From contig DAIDME010000034.1 of the NCBI GenBank assembly GCA_027449125.1, forward strand, positions 28,380 through 92,379: a DNA stretch of 64,000 nt, in the 5' to 3' direction. Below the pieces are notes generated by a model that ran no database searches, was not told where the DNA came from, and saw nothing but the letters and a program-made list of their open reading frames with translations. Of the stretch, positions 13,067-21,285 are shown piece by piece; position 1 is the stretch's first letter, and the number at the start of each line of letters is the position of its first letter. The stretch is from Solirubrobacterales bacterium (GTDB taxonomy: Bacteria > Actinomycetota > Thermoleophilia > Solirubrobacterales > Solirubrobacteraceae). Made by a program: the position numbers and the translations under genes.

Positions 13067-13960
13067 TCAGGTCGCCAGCGCCGCGGCCACCCGCGCGAGC
13101 ACAGCTTCAGGTGTGCGGTCAAGCTGTCGTGCCGTGACGCGGATCACCCGGTAGCCGGCGGCCACCAGGCGCTGGTCGCGCAGCCGGTCGCGCTCGAACG
13201 ACCGCCGCGAGGAGTGGTAGCCGAAGCCGTCGAACTCGACCACGAGCCGCTCCCGCGGCCAGAGCAGATCAACCTCCATCCCGAGCAGCTGCGCGTTTAC
13301 CGCGGGCGCGGGCAGCTGCGCGCGCCGGAGCAGCGACAGCAACATGCGCTCGTATGCCGAACGGGTCAACCGCGGCGAACCATCCTGCGTCGCGAGCGCC
13401 CGGAGCCGGGCTGCGCCCTTGGCCGGCCCATTCGAGTGGAGCGCCTCGGTGACCTGCGATGGGGTCACCAGCCTGCGTCGTAACGCGATCGCATACGCGG
13501 CCTCGAGCTCCTCCGGCTCGAGCAGCCCTGCGAGATCGACCAGCGTGCGGGCTGGCGCCGTCACAGCAAGCCTGCTGTGACGGCGCACCTCCTCCCTGCG
13601 CAGACGCGCGCAGCGGTGGACGACCAGCCCGGGCCGCGAGCGCGCGTCCATGCCTACCACGGTGATCTCGACCGGTCGCTCGGCAGCTTCGTGCAGCTCC
13701 CAGAGCAGAGCCGCCGTGCGGTGGCTCAGGACACCGCGGCCAGCGAAGTGGATCACCGCCGCGGTCGCTGCGGCCAGCGGCTCGAGCCGCGGCCGCCCGA
13801 ACAGGTACACGCTCGGATAGAGCGAGTGCAGGCTGCCTGTGGCCAGCCGGTGCTTGACGGCGGCGGGCGTCAAACCGGCGCCGAGCAGCTGGCGGCGGTG
13901 CACGACCCCACGCTGAAGCTCCGCGAGTCGTGCGATCTCCAGGTCCCCTCGCCCGCGCAC
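13067..13960 (-). CDS. DUF559 (Vsr/endonuclease-like) domain protein
   Basis: The C-terminus LLWPRERLVVEFDGFGYHSSRRSFERDRLRDQRLVAAGYRVIRVT is the DUF559 signature. The listed ORF extends to 14224, but its N-terminal part is encoded by palindromes and tandem repeats with poor third-position GC. I favour GTG 13960, giving 297 aa; ATG 14089 is an alternative. Confidence 0.7.
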   Translation of the reverse strand: MRGRGDLEIARLAELQRGVVHRRQLLGAGLTPAAVKHRLATGSLHSLYPSVYLFGRPRLEPLAAATAAVIHFAGRGVLSHRTAALLWELHEAAERPVEITVVGMDARSRPGLVVHRCARLRREEVRRHSRLAVTAPARTLVDLAGLLEPEELEAAYAIALRRRLVTPSQVTEALHSNGPAKGAARLRALATQDGSPRLTRSAYERMLLSLLRRAQLPAPAVNAQLLGMEVDLLWPRERLVVEFDGFGYHSSRRSFERDRLRDQRLVAAGYRVIRVTARQLDRTPEAVLARVAAALAT

Positions 13961-13963
13961 CGG

Positions 13964-14070
13964 CTCCAGCCCCCAAACGTCGGCCGCCACCGGAGTGTTG
14001 GGGGTTTGGGGCGCCTCCAGCGCCCCAAACCCCCAACACGGCGCCGCAGCTCGAGCTTTGGGGGCTGGAG
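13964..14070. repeat. nested inverted repeats (REP-like element / strong hairpin)
   Basis: The inner perfect 19-bp arms are GTGTTGGGGGTTTGGGGCG (13995-14013) and CGCCCCAAACCCCCAACAC (14021-14039), with a 7-nt loop. The outer perfect 14-bp arms are CTCCAGCCCCCAAA (13964-13977) and TTTGGGGGCTGGAG (14057-14070). Confidence 0.9.
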
Positions 14071-14169
14071 GCGGTTCGCGTGCCGTCATCTGACCGAATA
14101 TGCCCGCCACCGGGGTCCCAACGGCCTCCAGATCGACAACTGACACAGTTTTGACCCAGTTGGTCGCGT

Positions 14170-14253
14170 CAGCCGACCGCACGCGGGACCCAGCCGACCG
14201 CACGCGGGAGCCAGCCGCGGGCACGCCGGACCCAGCCGGGGCGTGCGGGCGGG
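14170..14253. repeat. about 4 tandem copies of a 21-nt unit
   Basis: CAGCCGACCGCACGCGGGACC (14170-14190) is followed by a near-identical copy (14191-14211). Two degenerate copies follow (14212-14232 and 14233-14253). Confidence 0.85.
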
Positions 14254-14286
14254 GCGCGGATGAGCGTGCGGGCGAGCCCAGCCGCG

Positions 14287-15579
14287 TCAGACAGGGACGT
14301 TCGCTGCGAGCGTGGCGTACAGCGGGTAGCGCTCGGCTATCGCCGCCGTGCGCTCCGCCAGCTCGTCGCGGAGCGCGTCGAAGTCTCCGGGCGCGAGCGC
14401 TGCCACGATGATCTCGCCGATCTCGCTGAAGTCGGAGGCCTGAAGCCCCCGCGTGGCGAGCGCCGGCGTGCCGATCCGCAGTCCCGAGGTGACCATCGGC
14501 GGGCGTGGGTCGAACGGGATCGCGTTGCGGTTGACGGTGATCCCGATCGCGTGCAGGCGGTCCTCAGCCTGCTTGCCGTCGAGCTCGGAGGCGCGCAGGT
14601 CGACGAGCACCAGGTGGACGTCCGTGCCGCCTGTGAGCACCGAGACTCCTTGTCCCGCGCCGAGCAGCGCCGCGGCCAGCGACCTTGCCCCGGCCAGCGT
14701 CCGCTCCTGGCGCTCGCGGAAGGCTTCAGAGGCGGCGATCTTGAGCGCCACGGCCTTGGCGGCGATCACGTGCTCGAGCGGGCCGCCCTGCTGGCCGGGA
14801 AAGACCGCCGAGTCGATCTTCTTGGCGTGCTGCTCGCGACAGAGGATCATGCCCGAGCGTGGCCCGCCGAGCGTCTTGTGGATGGTGGTCGCGACCACGT
14901 CCGCGTACGGCACCGGCGAGGGATGCAGACCCGCAGCCACCAGGCCGGCGAAGTGAGCCATGTCGACAAACAGGTAGGCGCCGACCTCGTCCGCGATCTC
15001 ACGGAAGCGCACGAAGTCGAGCTGGCGCGGGTAGGCCGACCAGCCGGCGACGATCATCTTCGGCCGCTGCTCGCGCGCGATCCGCGCCACCTCGTCCATG
15101 TCGATCAGGCTCGTCTCCCGGTCAACCCCGTAGGTGACGATCTCGTACAGCCGCCCCGAGGCGTTCAGCTTCATGCCATGCGTGAGGTGCCCGCCGTGCG
15201 CGAGCTCCAGCCCCATGAGCTTGTCTCCGGGCGTCAGCAGCGCGTGGTAGACGGCGATGTTCGCCTGGGCACCGGCGTGTGGCTGCACGTTGGCGTGCTC
15301 AGCGCCGAAGAGCGACTTGGCGCGATCGATCGCAAGCTGCTCTGAGCGGTCGACAAACTCGCAGCCTCCGTAATAGCGCCGCCCCGGATAACCCTCCGCG
15401 TACTTGTTGGTCAGCACCGAGCCCTGCGCCTCGAGTACCGAGAGCGGCACGAAGTTCTCTGACGCGATCATCTCCAACGTCTGCTGCTGGCGTTCGAGTT
15501 CGCCGGCGATCAGCGAGGCGATCTCGGGATCGACCTCGGCAAGCGGCGCGTTGAAGTAGTCGGCGGGTAGGTTCGTCAT
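14287..15579 (-). CDS. glyA: serine hydroxymethyltransferase
   Basis: SHMT throughout (LEMIASENF..., [15 protein letters not shown]-Lys region). I placed the start at ATG 15579 (MTNLPADYF...). The listed GTG 15606 is an alternative. Confidence 0.96.
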   Translation of the reverse strand: MTNLPADYFNAPLAEVDPEIASLIAGELERQQQTLEMIASENFVPLSVLEAQGSVLTNKYAEGYPGRRYYGGCEFVDRSEQLAIDRAKSLFGAEHANVQPHAGAQANIAVYHALLTPGDKLMGLELAHGGHLTHGMKLNASGRLYEIVTYGVDRETSLIDMDEVARIAREQRPKMIVAGWSAYPRQLDFVRFREIADEVGAYLFVDMAHFAGLVAAGLHPSPVPYADVVATTIHKTLGGPRSGMILCREQHAKKIDSAVFPGQQGGPLEHVIAAKAVALKIAASEAFRERQERTLAGARSLAAALLGAGQGVSVLTGGTDVHLVLVDLRASELDGKQAEDRLHAIGITVNRNAIPFDPRPPMVTSGLRIGTPALATRGLQASDFSEIGEIIVAALAPGDFDALRDELAERTAAIAERYPLYATLAANVPV

Positions 15580-15612
15580 GCTGCCGAGGCTACCAACGGC
15601 GAGCACAGCGCC

Positions 15613-16776
15613 TCACACCAGCTTTGCGACGATCACAGCGAGGTCCCGCTCAGCCCAGTGCAGCGCCGGCTCGAGGCGCGCCTCCCGCAGCCAGTCGAGT
15701 TGCTCGGCGACGCTGCTCGGCTGGTCGTAGCCGGCGGTCAGGTCGACCACAGCATCCTCGGGGCGTTCGGGCACGACGACGTCGCCCAGCACGAAGCGCC
15801 CGCCGGGCGCGAGGCGCTCACGCACCTCACGGAACAGGCGCGCCTTCTCCAGCGGGTCGAGGTGGTGCACCGCCAGGACGCTGACGACGACCTCGAAGCG
15901 GCCCGCCGGCAGGGTGTCCTGCAGCTGCCCGACGTGGCTGCCCGCCAGGCTCTCGCCCAGACGCTCCGCCGCCGCTGCGAGCATCGCCGGGCTCTCGTCC
16001 ACACCCGTGACAAGCGCCCGCGGGTTCTGCTCCAGCAGCCGCGCTGCCGCCTCCCCGGTGCCGATGCCGAGGTCGAGGATCGTCCGCGCGCCGCCGCCTG
16101 CGGCCAACGCCACCTGCGCCTGCAGCTCGTCGTAACCCGGCAGCGTGTCAGCGACCATCGCACCGTAGCTGGCCGGGTCGAAGCGGAACCGCCCGCCGAG
16201 CCTGCGGGCCAGCTCATCCTCGTCGACGGCCCCGCGCCGACGCACCGACCAGGCCCCCTCGGCCTCGTAAGCGCGCAGATCCACGATCGTCGATGCGACA
16301 CCCGGCAGCTCCCCACCGTCTATCACCAGGTCAGCGCCGGCCCGGATGGCCGGCGCCACCTCGCTCAGCCTGCGGGCGTCAGCGCCACCAGAGAGGTTCG
16401 CGCTCGATTGCAGCACCGGCACCGAGACGCCGGCAAGCTGCGGGACGCTGATGACCCGTAGCCCGAGCGTCTGTGGGTCGGCGCGAGCGCTCAGCGCGAA
16501 GCGCTCGGCCGGGTTCGGGACCAGCGCGGTGACCGCGCCGGGCATCAGCGCGCGCAACGCCTGGCGCGTGCGCGGCCCCAGCTCAGTCAGTGCCTGCAGC
16601 GCCGCCTCGAGCTCGAAGAACATGACGGCGGCAGCCTTCTCAGGTGGCCTGCGCTTGAGCGCGTAGAGCCTGTCGATCGCCGCCTGGCTCCCCGGGTCGC
16701 AGGCGAGCCCGTAGACCGTGTCGGACGGGAACAGAACGACGCCGCCGGCATCTATCACCGCCTCAAACGAGCTCAT
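15613..16776 (-). CDS. tsaC: fusion protein: L-threonylcarbamoyladenylate synthase (YrdC/TsaC domain) + class I SAM-dependent methyltransferase
   Basis: The N-terminal ~195 aa are MSSFEAVIDAGGVVLFPSDTVYGLACDP...LQSSANLSG (YrdC fold). The C-terminal ~190 aa carry MTase motif I ILDLGIGTGEAA, plus VVSVLAVHHL and LAPGGRFVLGDVV. It is a single uninterrupted ORF. Its ATG 16776 overlaps the prmC stop (ATGA). Confidence 0.85.
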   Translation of the reverse strand: MSSFEAVIDAGGVVLFPSDTVYGLACDPGSQAAIDRLYALKRRPPEKAAAVMFFELEAALQALTELGPRTRQALRALMPGAVTALVPNPAERFALSARADPQTLGLRVISVPQLAGVSVPVLQSSANLSGGADARRLSEVAPAIRAGADLVIDGGELPGVASTIVDLRAYEAEGAWSVRRRGAVDEDELARRLGGRFRFDPASYGAMVADTLPGYDELQAQVALAAGGGARTILDLGIGTGEAAARLLEQNPRALVTGVDESPAMLAAAAERLGESLAGSHVGQLQDTLPAGRFEVVVSVLAVHHLDPLEKARLFREVRERLAPGGRFVLGDVVVPERPEDAVVDLTAGYDQPSSVAEQLDWLREARLEPALHWAERDLAVIVAKLV

Positions 16777-17585
16777 CGGCGCCCCACCACGACCCGCTCG
16801 ACACCCGCCAGGTCCCGGCGCGGCTCGGTGTCGCAAAAGCCCGCCTGAGCGAGCAGCTCAGCCGCTGCCCGCGCCTGCCTGTCGCCCACCTCCAGCGCGA
16901 CCAGCTCGACCTCACTGGCGGCGCCTGCCTGCCCGACCAGCCTGCGGATCACGTCCAGGCCGTCGGGTCCGCCGAGCAGCGCCAGACGGGGCTCGTACAT
17001 GGCGATGTCGGGGGCGAGCGGCTCGTCGTCGGCCACGTAGGGAAGATTCGCGAGCACGAAGGGAGCGCTCACCTCGGCGAGCAGGTCCGAGCGCACCCAG
17101 CTGACGCTCAACCCCAGGCGCTGAGCGTTCATCCGCGCCACCGCGAGCGCACCTGCGCTCGCGTCGGCGCCGACCAGTTCCAGGTCGGGCCGCTCCTGCG
17201 CAAGCGACAGCGCCACCGCGCCGCTGCCCGTGCCGATGTCGGCGACGCGCACGCCCTGGGGCAGCTCGAGCCCGACCTCGACCAGCAGCTCGGTCTCGGG
17301 CCGCGGGATCAGCACGCGCGGGTCGACCGCGAGCGTCAGCTGGCGGAACGCGCGGCGCCCGAGGATGTAGGCGACCGGCTCGCGTTTGACACGACGGGTC
17401 AGCAGCGCCAGGTAGCGGGTGCGAACGTCTCCGCTGGCTTGCTCGTTGGCCCGCAGCACGAGCGCCGCACGGTCGACGCCGAGCACGTGCGCCAGCAGCA
17501 GCTCGGCGTCGAGCCGGGGCGTGTCACAGCCGGCCTGTGTGAGCGCCGCGCTCGCGCTCGTGAGCTCTTCGCGCAGCGTGCTCAC
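16773..17585 (-). CDS. prmC: release-factor glutamine N5-methyltransferase
   Basis: 270-aa ORF with the HemK/PrmC motifs DIGTGSGAVAL and VLANLPYV (NPPY variant). It is overlap-coupled to prfA and tsaC. Confidence 0.92.
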   Translation of the reverse strand: MSTLREELTSASAALTQAGCDTPRLDAELLLAHVLGVDRAALVLRANEQASGDVRTRYLALLTRRVKREPVAYILGRRAFRQLTLAVDPRVLIPRPETELLVEVGLELPQGVRVADIGTGSGAVALSLAQERPDLELVGADASAGALAVARMNAQRLGLSVSWVRSDLLAEVSAPFVLANLPYVADDEPLAPDIAMYEPRLALLGGPDGLDVIRRLVGQAGAASEVELVALEVGDRQARAAAELLAQAGFCDTEPRRDLAGVERVVVGRR

Positions 17586-18628
17586 GCGGCTGCGTCTTCG
17601 AGCCGCCTGCGCTTCTCGTCGTCCTGCAGCGCCTCGGTGAACTCGTCCAGCTCACCGAGCAGGATCGCGTCGAGGTTGTGCAGGAGCAGGTTGATGCGAT
17701 GGTCCTTGACGCGCCGCTCACCGTAGTTGTAGGTGCGGATCTTCTCGGCCCTGTCACCCGCACCGACCTGCGCTGAGCGCGAGGCGGCGAGCTGAGCCTG
17801 CTGCTCGGCCAGCGCGCGCTCGTAGAGGCGCGCGCGCAGGACGCGCATCGCCTTCTCACGGTTCTGCAGCTGGGACTTCTCGTCCTGCATCGAGACGACG
17901 ATCCCCGATGGCTTGTGCGTGATGCGTACGGCGGAGTCGGTCGTGTTGACCGACTGGCCGCCGGGGCCGGAGGAGCGGTAGACGTCTATCTGCAGGTCTC
18001 CAGGGTCGATCTGCACCTCCACCTCGTCGGCCTCCGGTAGCACCGCCACGGTTGCGGTCGAGGTGTGGATACGCCCCTGCGACTCGGTCTCCGGGACGCG
18101 CTGCACCCGGTGGGTGCCACCCTCGAACTTGTAGACGGAGTAGGCTCCGTCGCCCTTGACGGCGAACGTGTACGCGCCGTCACCGATGTCCAGCGGCTCG
18201 GTCTTGAAGCCCCGCCGCTCGGCGTAGCGGGTGAGCATCCTGTACACGTCGCCGGCCCACAGCGCCGCCTCGTCGCCACCGACACCGGGGCGGACCTCGA
18301 TGATCACGTTCTTATCGTCGTTGGGGTCGCGCTCGACCATCGCCAGGCGGATCTCCTCCTCCAGCTCGGCCAGGCGCTCGGCTGAGCTGCGCGCGAGCTC
18401 CCTGAGCTCGGCGTCTTCGGCGTCCTCGGCCAGCAGCTCCCGCGCGCCGGTGAGGTCGTCGGCCGTGCGGCGGTATTCGGCCGCACACCGCGCGGCCGGC
18501 TCGAGCTCGCGGTAGGCGCGTGAGGCGGCCGTGAAACGTTCACGGTCGCCGATCACGGCCGGGTCTGCGAGCTCAGCCTCGAGTTCGGCGAAGCGCGACT
18601 CGATCTGGTTTACGAGGTCGTCGAGCAT
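17582..18628 (-). CDS. prfA: peptide chain release factor 1
   Basis: 348-aa ORF with the GGQ motif (SSGPGGQSVNTTDSAVR) and the RF1-type PET/PxT region (VQRVPETESQGRIHTS). Confidence 0.97.
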   Translation of the reverse strand: MLDDLVNQIESRFAELEAELADPAVIGDRERFTAASRAYRELEPAARCAAEYRRTADDLTGARELLAEDAEDAELRELARSSAERLAELEEEIRLAMVERDPNDDKNVIIEVRPGVGGDEAALWAGDVYRMLTRYAERRGFKTEPLDIGDGAYTFAVKGDGAYSVYKFEGGTHRVQRVPETESQGRIHTSTATVAVLPEADEVEVQIDPGDLQIDVYRSSGPGGQSVNTTDSAVRITHKPSGIVVSMQDEKSQLQNREKAMRVLRARLYERALAEQQAQLAASRSAQVGAGDRAEKIRTYNYGERRVKDHRINLLLHNLDAILLGELDEFTEALQDDEKRRRLEDAAA

Positions 18629-18661
18629 CAGCGGGCGAGCGCGCGCCGGCGCCCGTGAACG

Positions 18662-18895
18662 TCAGGCGTTGGCGCCGGCCTTGGCGGCCGCCACGCGGCC
18701 CTTGGCGACGCGGCGCTGGAAGCGCTCGACGCGCCCGCCGGTGTCCACCAGCTTCTGCTTGCCGGTGTAGAACGGGTGGCACTCTGAGCAGATCTCGACG
18801 TGGATCTGCGGCTTGGTCGAGCGGGTCGTGAAGCTGTTGCCGCACGTGCAGGTGACGTGGGACTCGACGTAATTGGGGTGGATGTCGCTCTTCAT
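18662..18895 (-). CDS. rpmE: 50S ribosomal protein L31 (Zn-ribbon type)
   Basis: [62 protein letters not shown]..., starting at ATG 18895 inside the longer listed ORF. Confidence 0.95.
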   Translation of the reverse strand: MKSDIHPNYVESHVTCTCGNSFTTRSTKPQIHVEICSECHPFYTGKQKLVDTGGRVERFQRRVAKGRVAAAKAGANA

Positions 18896-18942
18896 ATCTG
18901 CATCTGAGGATAGCTGGACAGCGCCGGCGAGATCATGCCGGC

Positions 18943-19548
18943 GTGCAGCCAGAGCAGCGCGGGCCCCCGCACGCCACGCTCGCCGTCGCGCCCATGTCCC
19001 TGGCTGCCGTGGTGGTGCTGGTACTCGCACTGGCCCGGGCCGGCGGACAGCGCGGGGCGATCGTGCTGCGCCGGATCGCCCTCAGCTCATGCGAGCCGAG
19101 CCGCGTGCAACCACAACCGGCGGCGTTGGTCGAGACGGAGAGCTCCGACCTGACGCGCGGCGGCCGGCCGGAGAGCCACCGGGAGGGCGCCGAGCCCGCG
19201 CGAGCCAGGCGGCCCCGGATCTCCGGCGGCCCGCCGGAGAGCCAGGCCGGGCGCGCCGGCAGATCCACGTGGCCACCGTCAAGGCGCCCGCCGGGCCGTC
19301 GCTCGAGCAGCTGCAGCGTGCGCTGCGGGCCGGGCCTGTGGGCGCCTACAAGCTCGTGCTGCCGTCCGCGGTCGCGGACGATCTGGCCGCGGGCGCGTTG
19401 CGGCCCGGCCCGCTGGCCAGGATCGACGATCGGACCGCACGCACGCTGCCGCCGACCGGCGCCGGCGACGCTCGCCAGCCAACGCCTGCTCTCGCCGCTG
19501 GCTCTGCACCCCGATGCCCCTATCGTCGGGTCGGATCTGATCGGCTAG
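18943..19548 (+). pseudogene. possible frameshifted small gene (membrane-anchored?) in the rpmE/ETF-QO gap
   Basis: By hand tally, a coding-like codon-position GC pattern (GC3>GC1>GC2) runs in the phase of 18943 up to about 19258. It then runs in the phase of GTG 19269 up to about 19468, and then returns to the first phase until TAG 19546-19548. The N-terminal part has a hydrophobic segment, [15 protein letters not shown] recognised no homology. Confidence 0.25.
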
Positions 19549-21281
19549 GTGAGCGTGTAGAGCGGGCCGTCGCCGCCCTCGGGCGGGGTCAGGCGCCCTC
19601 CCTTGGCGGTGATCGCGCCGCACTGCACGCAGTTGGTGTAGTTGACGATCACGTCCACATCGCCGGACCTAGTCCCACCCCCCTCCCCAGCATCCGCGTC
19701 CTCGGGGATCTCGTAGACGCCGGCGGGGCACATCCAGCGCCAGGTCTCGGCGATCTCGCGCGGCACGCGGGTCTGGACCCGGATGTGGTTGGGGGCGTCG
19801 TCCCGGGTCGCGTTGCCGGAGATGTAGACCGAGGAGAGCTTGTCGAAGATGTAGCTGCCGTCGGGCTTTGGGTAGCGGCTCGAGGTCTCACCGATGAACA
19901 TCTCCTGGGTGTCGTCACGGTGCCAGTGCAGGCGCCCAGGCGGCAGCATCCCCTTGGAGACGAGCCCCAGGTTCACGGCGGGCCCGCCGCGCAGCAGCCC
20001 CTTCTGCAGCGGCTGGCGTGTGTTGCGTACGCGCCACAGCTCGCGTCCCACGGATGAGTTTGAGATCGCGGCACCGTAGTCCTCGAGTGCGGCGCCCTGC
20101 TTGAGGTGTGCGTAGATCGCCTCGGCGGCGAGCATGCCGGCGCGGATGCAGTGGTGCACGCCCTTGAGCGCCACGGTGTCGACCATGCCGCCGGCGTCAC
20201 CGACGATCAGCGCGCCCGGCATCGTGAGCTTCGGCATCGACCAGAACCCACCGCCCGGCAGCGCCTTGGCGCTCCAGCCGACCCGCTCACCGCCCGCGAG
20301 GACCTGGCGGACCAGCGGATGGGTCTTGAACAGCTGCAACAGGTCGTGCGCGGAGGTTGTGGCGTCGCGGTAGCCGAGCCCGACGACGAAGCCGATCGAG
20401 ACCAGGTCATCGCCGGTGCGCTCGTCCTTCATCGGGTAGAGCCAGCCGCCTCCGACCTGCCCGTACCGCACCCCGGCGGAGAGCGGCCACGGGCCGAGCG
20501 TGTGAATCACGCGCCCGAGCGGCTTCGGCACCTTCCAGACCTCCTTGACGCCGAGCTCCCACACCTGCGGCTCGCGGTCACGCGCGAGGTCGAACTCGCG
20601 GATCGCCGGGCCGGTGAGATGGCCCCAGTTGCCCTCAGCGAGCACGGTGACGCGGGCGCGGATGTCGCTGCCGGGCTCGAAGTTGGAGAGCGGCTCGCCG
20701 TCCTTGCCGCGGCCCTTGTCACCCGAGCGCACCCCGACCACCGCCCCGTCGGCGACGATCAGCTGGGCTGCGGCCGTCTCGGTCAGCACGTAGGCGCCCG
20801 ACTCCTCGGCGAGACGCTGCTGGTAGCGAGCGAGCGCCGCCACCGAGATCACCTCGTTGCCGTGGTTCCTGAAGTTCGGCGGCGTCGGCACCCTGAACGC
20901 ACGCTTGGCGTCGGGCATCAGGTACACACCCTCACCGGTGACCTCACCGAAAGCGAAGCGCTCACGCCGCCAGTCCTCGCGCGAGAGCGACGGAAACAGC
21001 TGCTCCAGCGGCCCCGGCACCATCACCGCGCCCGACATCAGGTGCCCGCCGCAGGTCTTCGCCTTCTCGATCACCGCCACCGGCGCCTCACCGAGCGACT
21101 CCCGCAGCTCCTGGTCGCCGTCCAGCAGTTGCAGGAGGCGGTTGGCGACCGACAGGCCGGCGGTGCCGCCACCGACGATCGCCACACCGACGTCGATCAG
21201 CTCGTCCTCAGCGTCCAGCGAGCGCTTGATGAACTCGCGCCGCGGGTCCACCGGAGGCGGAAAATCGCTCGGCGCGGACAC
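19545..21281 (-). CDS. electron-transfer flavoprotein:quinone oxidoreductase (ETF-QO, FixC-FixX-like fusion)
   Basis: 578-aa ORF with an FAD-binding N-terminus VAIVGGGTAGLSVANRL. The C-terminus has a ferredoxin-like 4Fe-4S region (CPAGVYE...NCVQCGAITAKG). It lies directly downstream of etfBA. Confidence 0.9.
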   Translation of the reverse strand: MSAPSDFPPPVDPRREFIKRSLDAEDELIDVGVAIVGGGTAGLSVANRLLQLLDGDQELRESLGEAPVAVIEKAKTCGGHLMSGAVMVPGPLEQLFPSLSREDWRRERFAFGEVTGEGVYLMPDAKRAFRVPTPPNFRNHGNEVISVAALARYQQRLAEESGAYVLTETAAAQLIVADGAVVGVRSGDKGRGKDGEPLSNFEPGSDIRARVTVLAEGNWGHLTGPAIREFDLARDREPQVWELGVKEVWKVPKPLGRVIHTLGPWPLSAGVRYGQVGGGWLYPMKDERTGDDLVSIGFVVGLGYRDATTSAHDLLQLFKTHPLVRQVLAGGERVGWSAKALPGGGFWSMPKLTMPGALIVGDAGGMVDTVALKGVHHCIRAGMLAAEAIYAHLKQGAALEDYGAAISNSSVGRELWRVRNTRQPLQKGLLRGGPAVNLGLVSKGMLPPGRLHWHRDDTQEMFIGETSSRYPKPDGSYIFDKLSSVYISGNATRDDAPNHIRVQTRVPREIAETWRWMCPAGVYEIPEDADAGEGGGTRSGDVDVIVNYTNCVQCGAITAKGGRLTPPEGGDGPLYTLT

Positions 21282-21285
21282 GCCT

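Noticed and set aside
13995-14070. G-quadruplex or telomere-like reading of the GGGGG-TTT-GGGG runs.
   Set aside because: The G-runs are exactly complemented by C-runs a few bases away, so perfect Watson-Crick hairpins explain them better. I cannot evaluate G4 formation without computation.
13961-14224. Long N-terminal extension of the DUF559 ORF (MPAAGSRVRSAGSRVRSA...WGFGALEAPQTPNTP...).
   Set aside because: It is encoded entirely by tandem repeats and palindrome arms with poor third-position GC. DUF559 proteins of about 300 aa fit a start at GTG 13960. The extension is noted as an alternative only.
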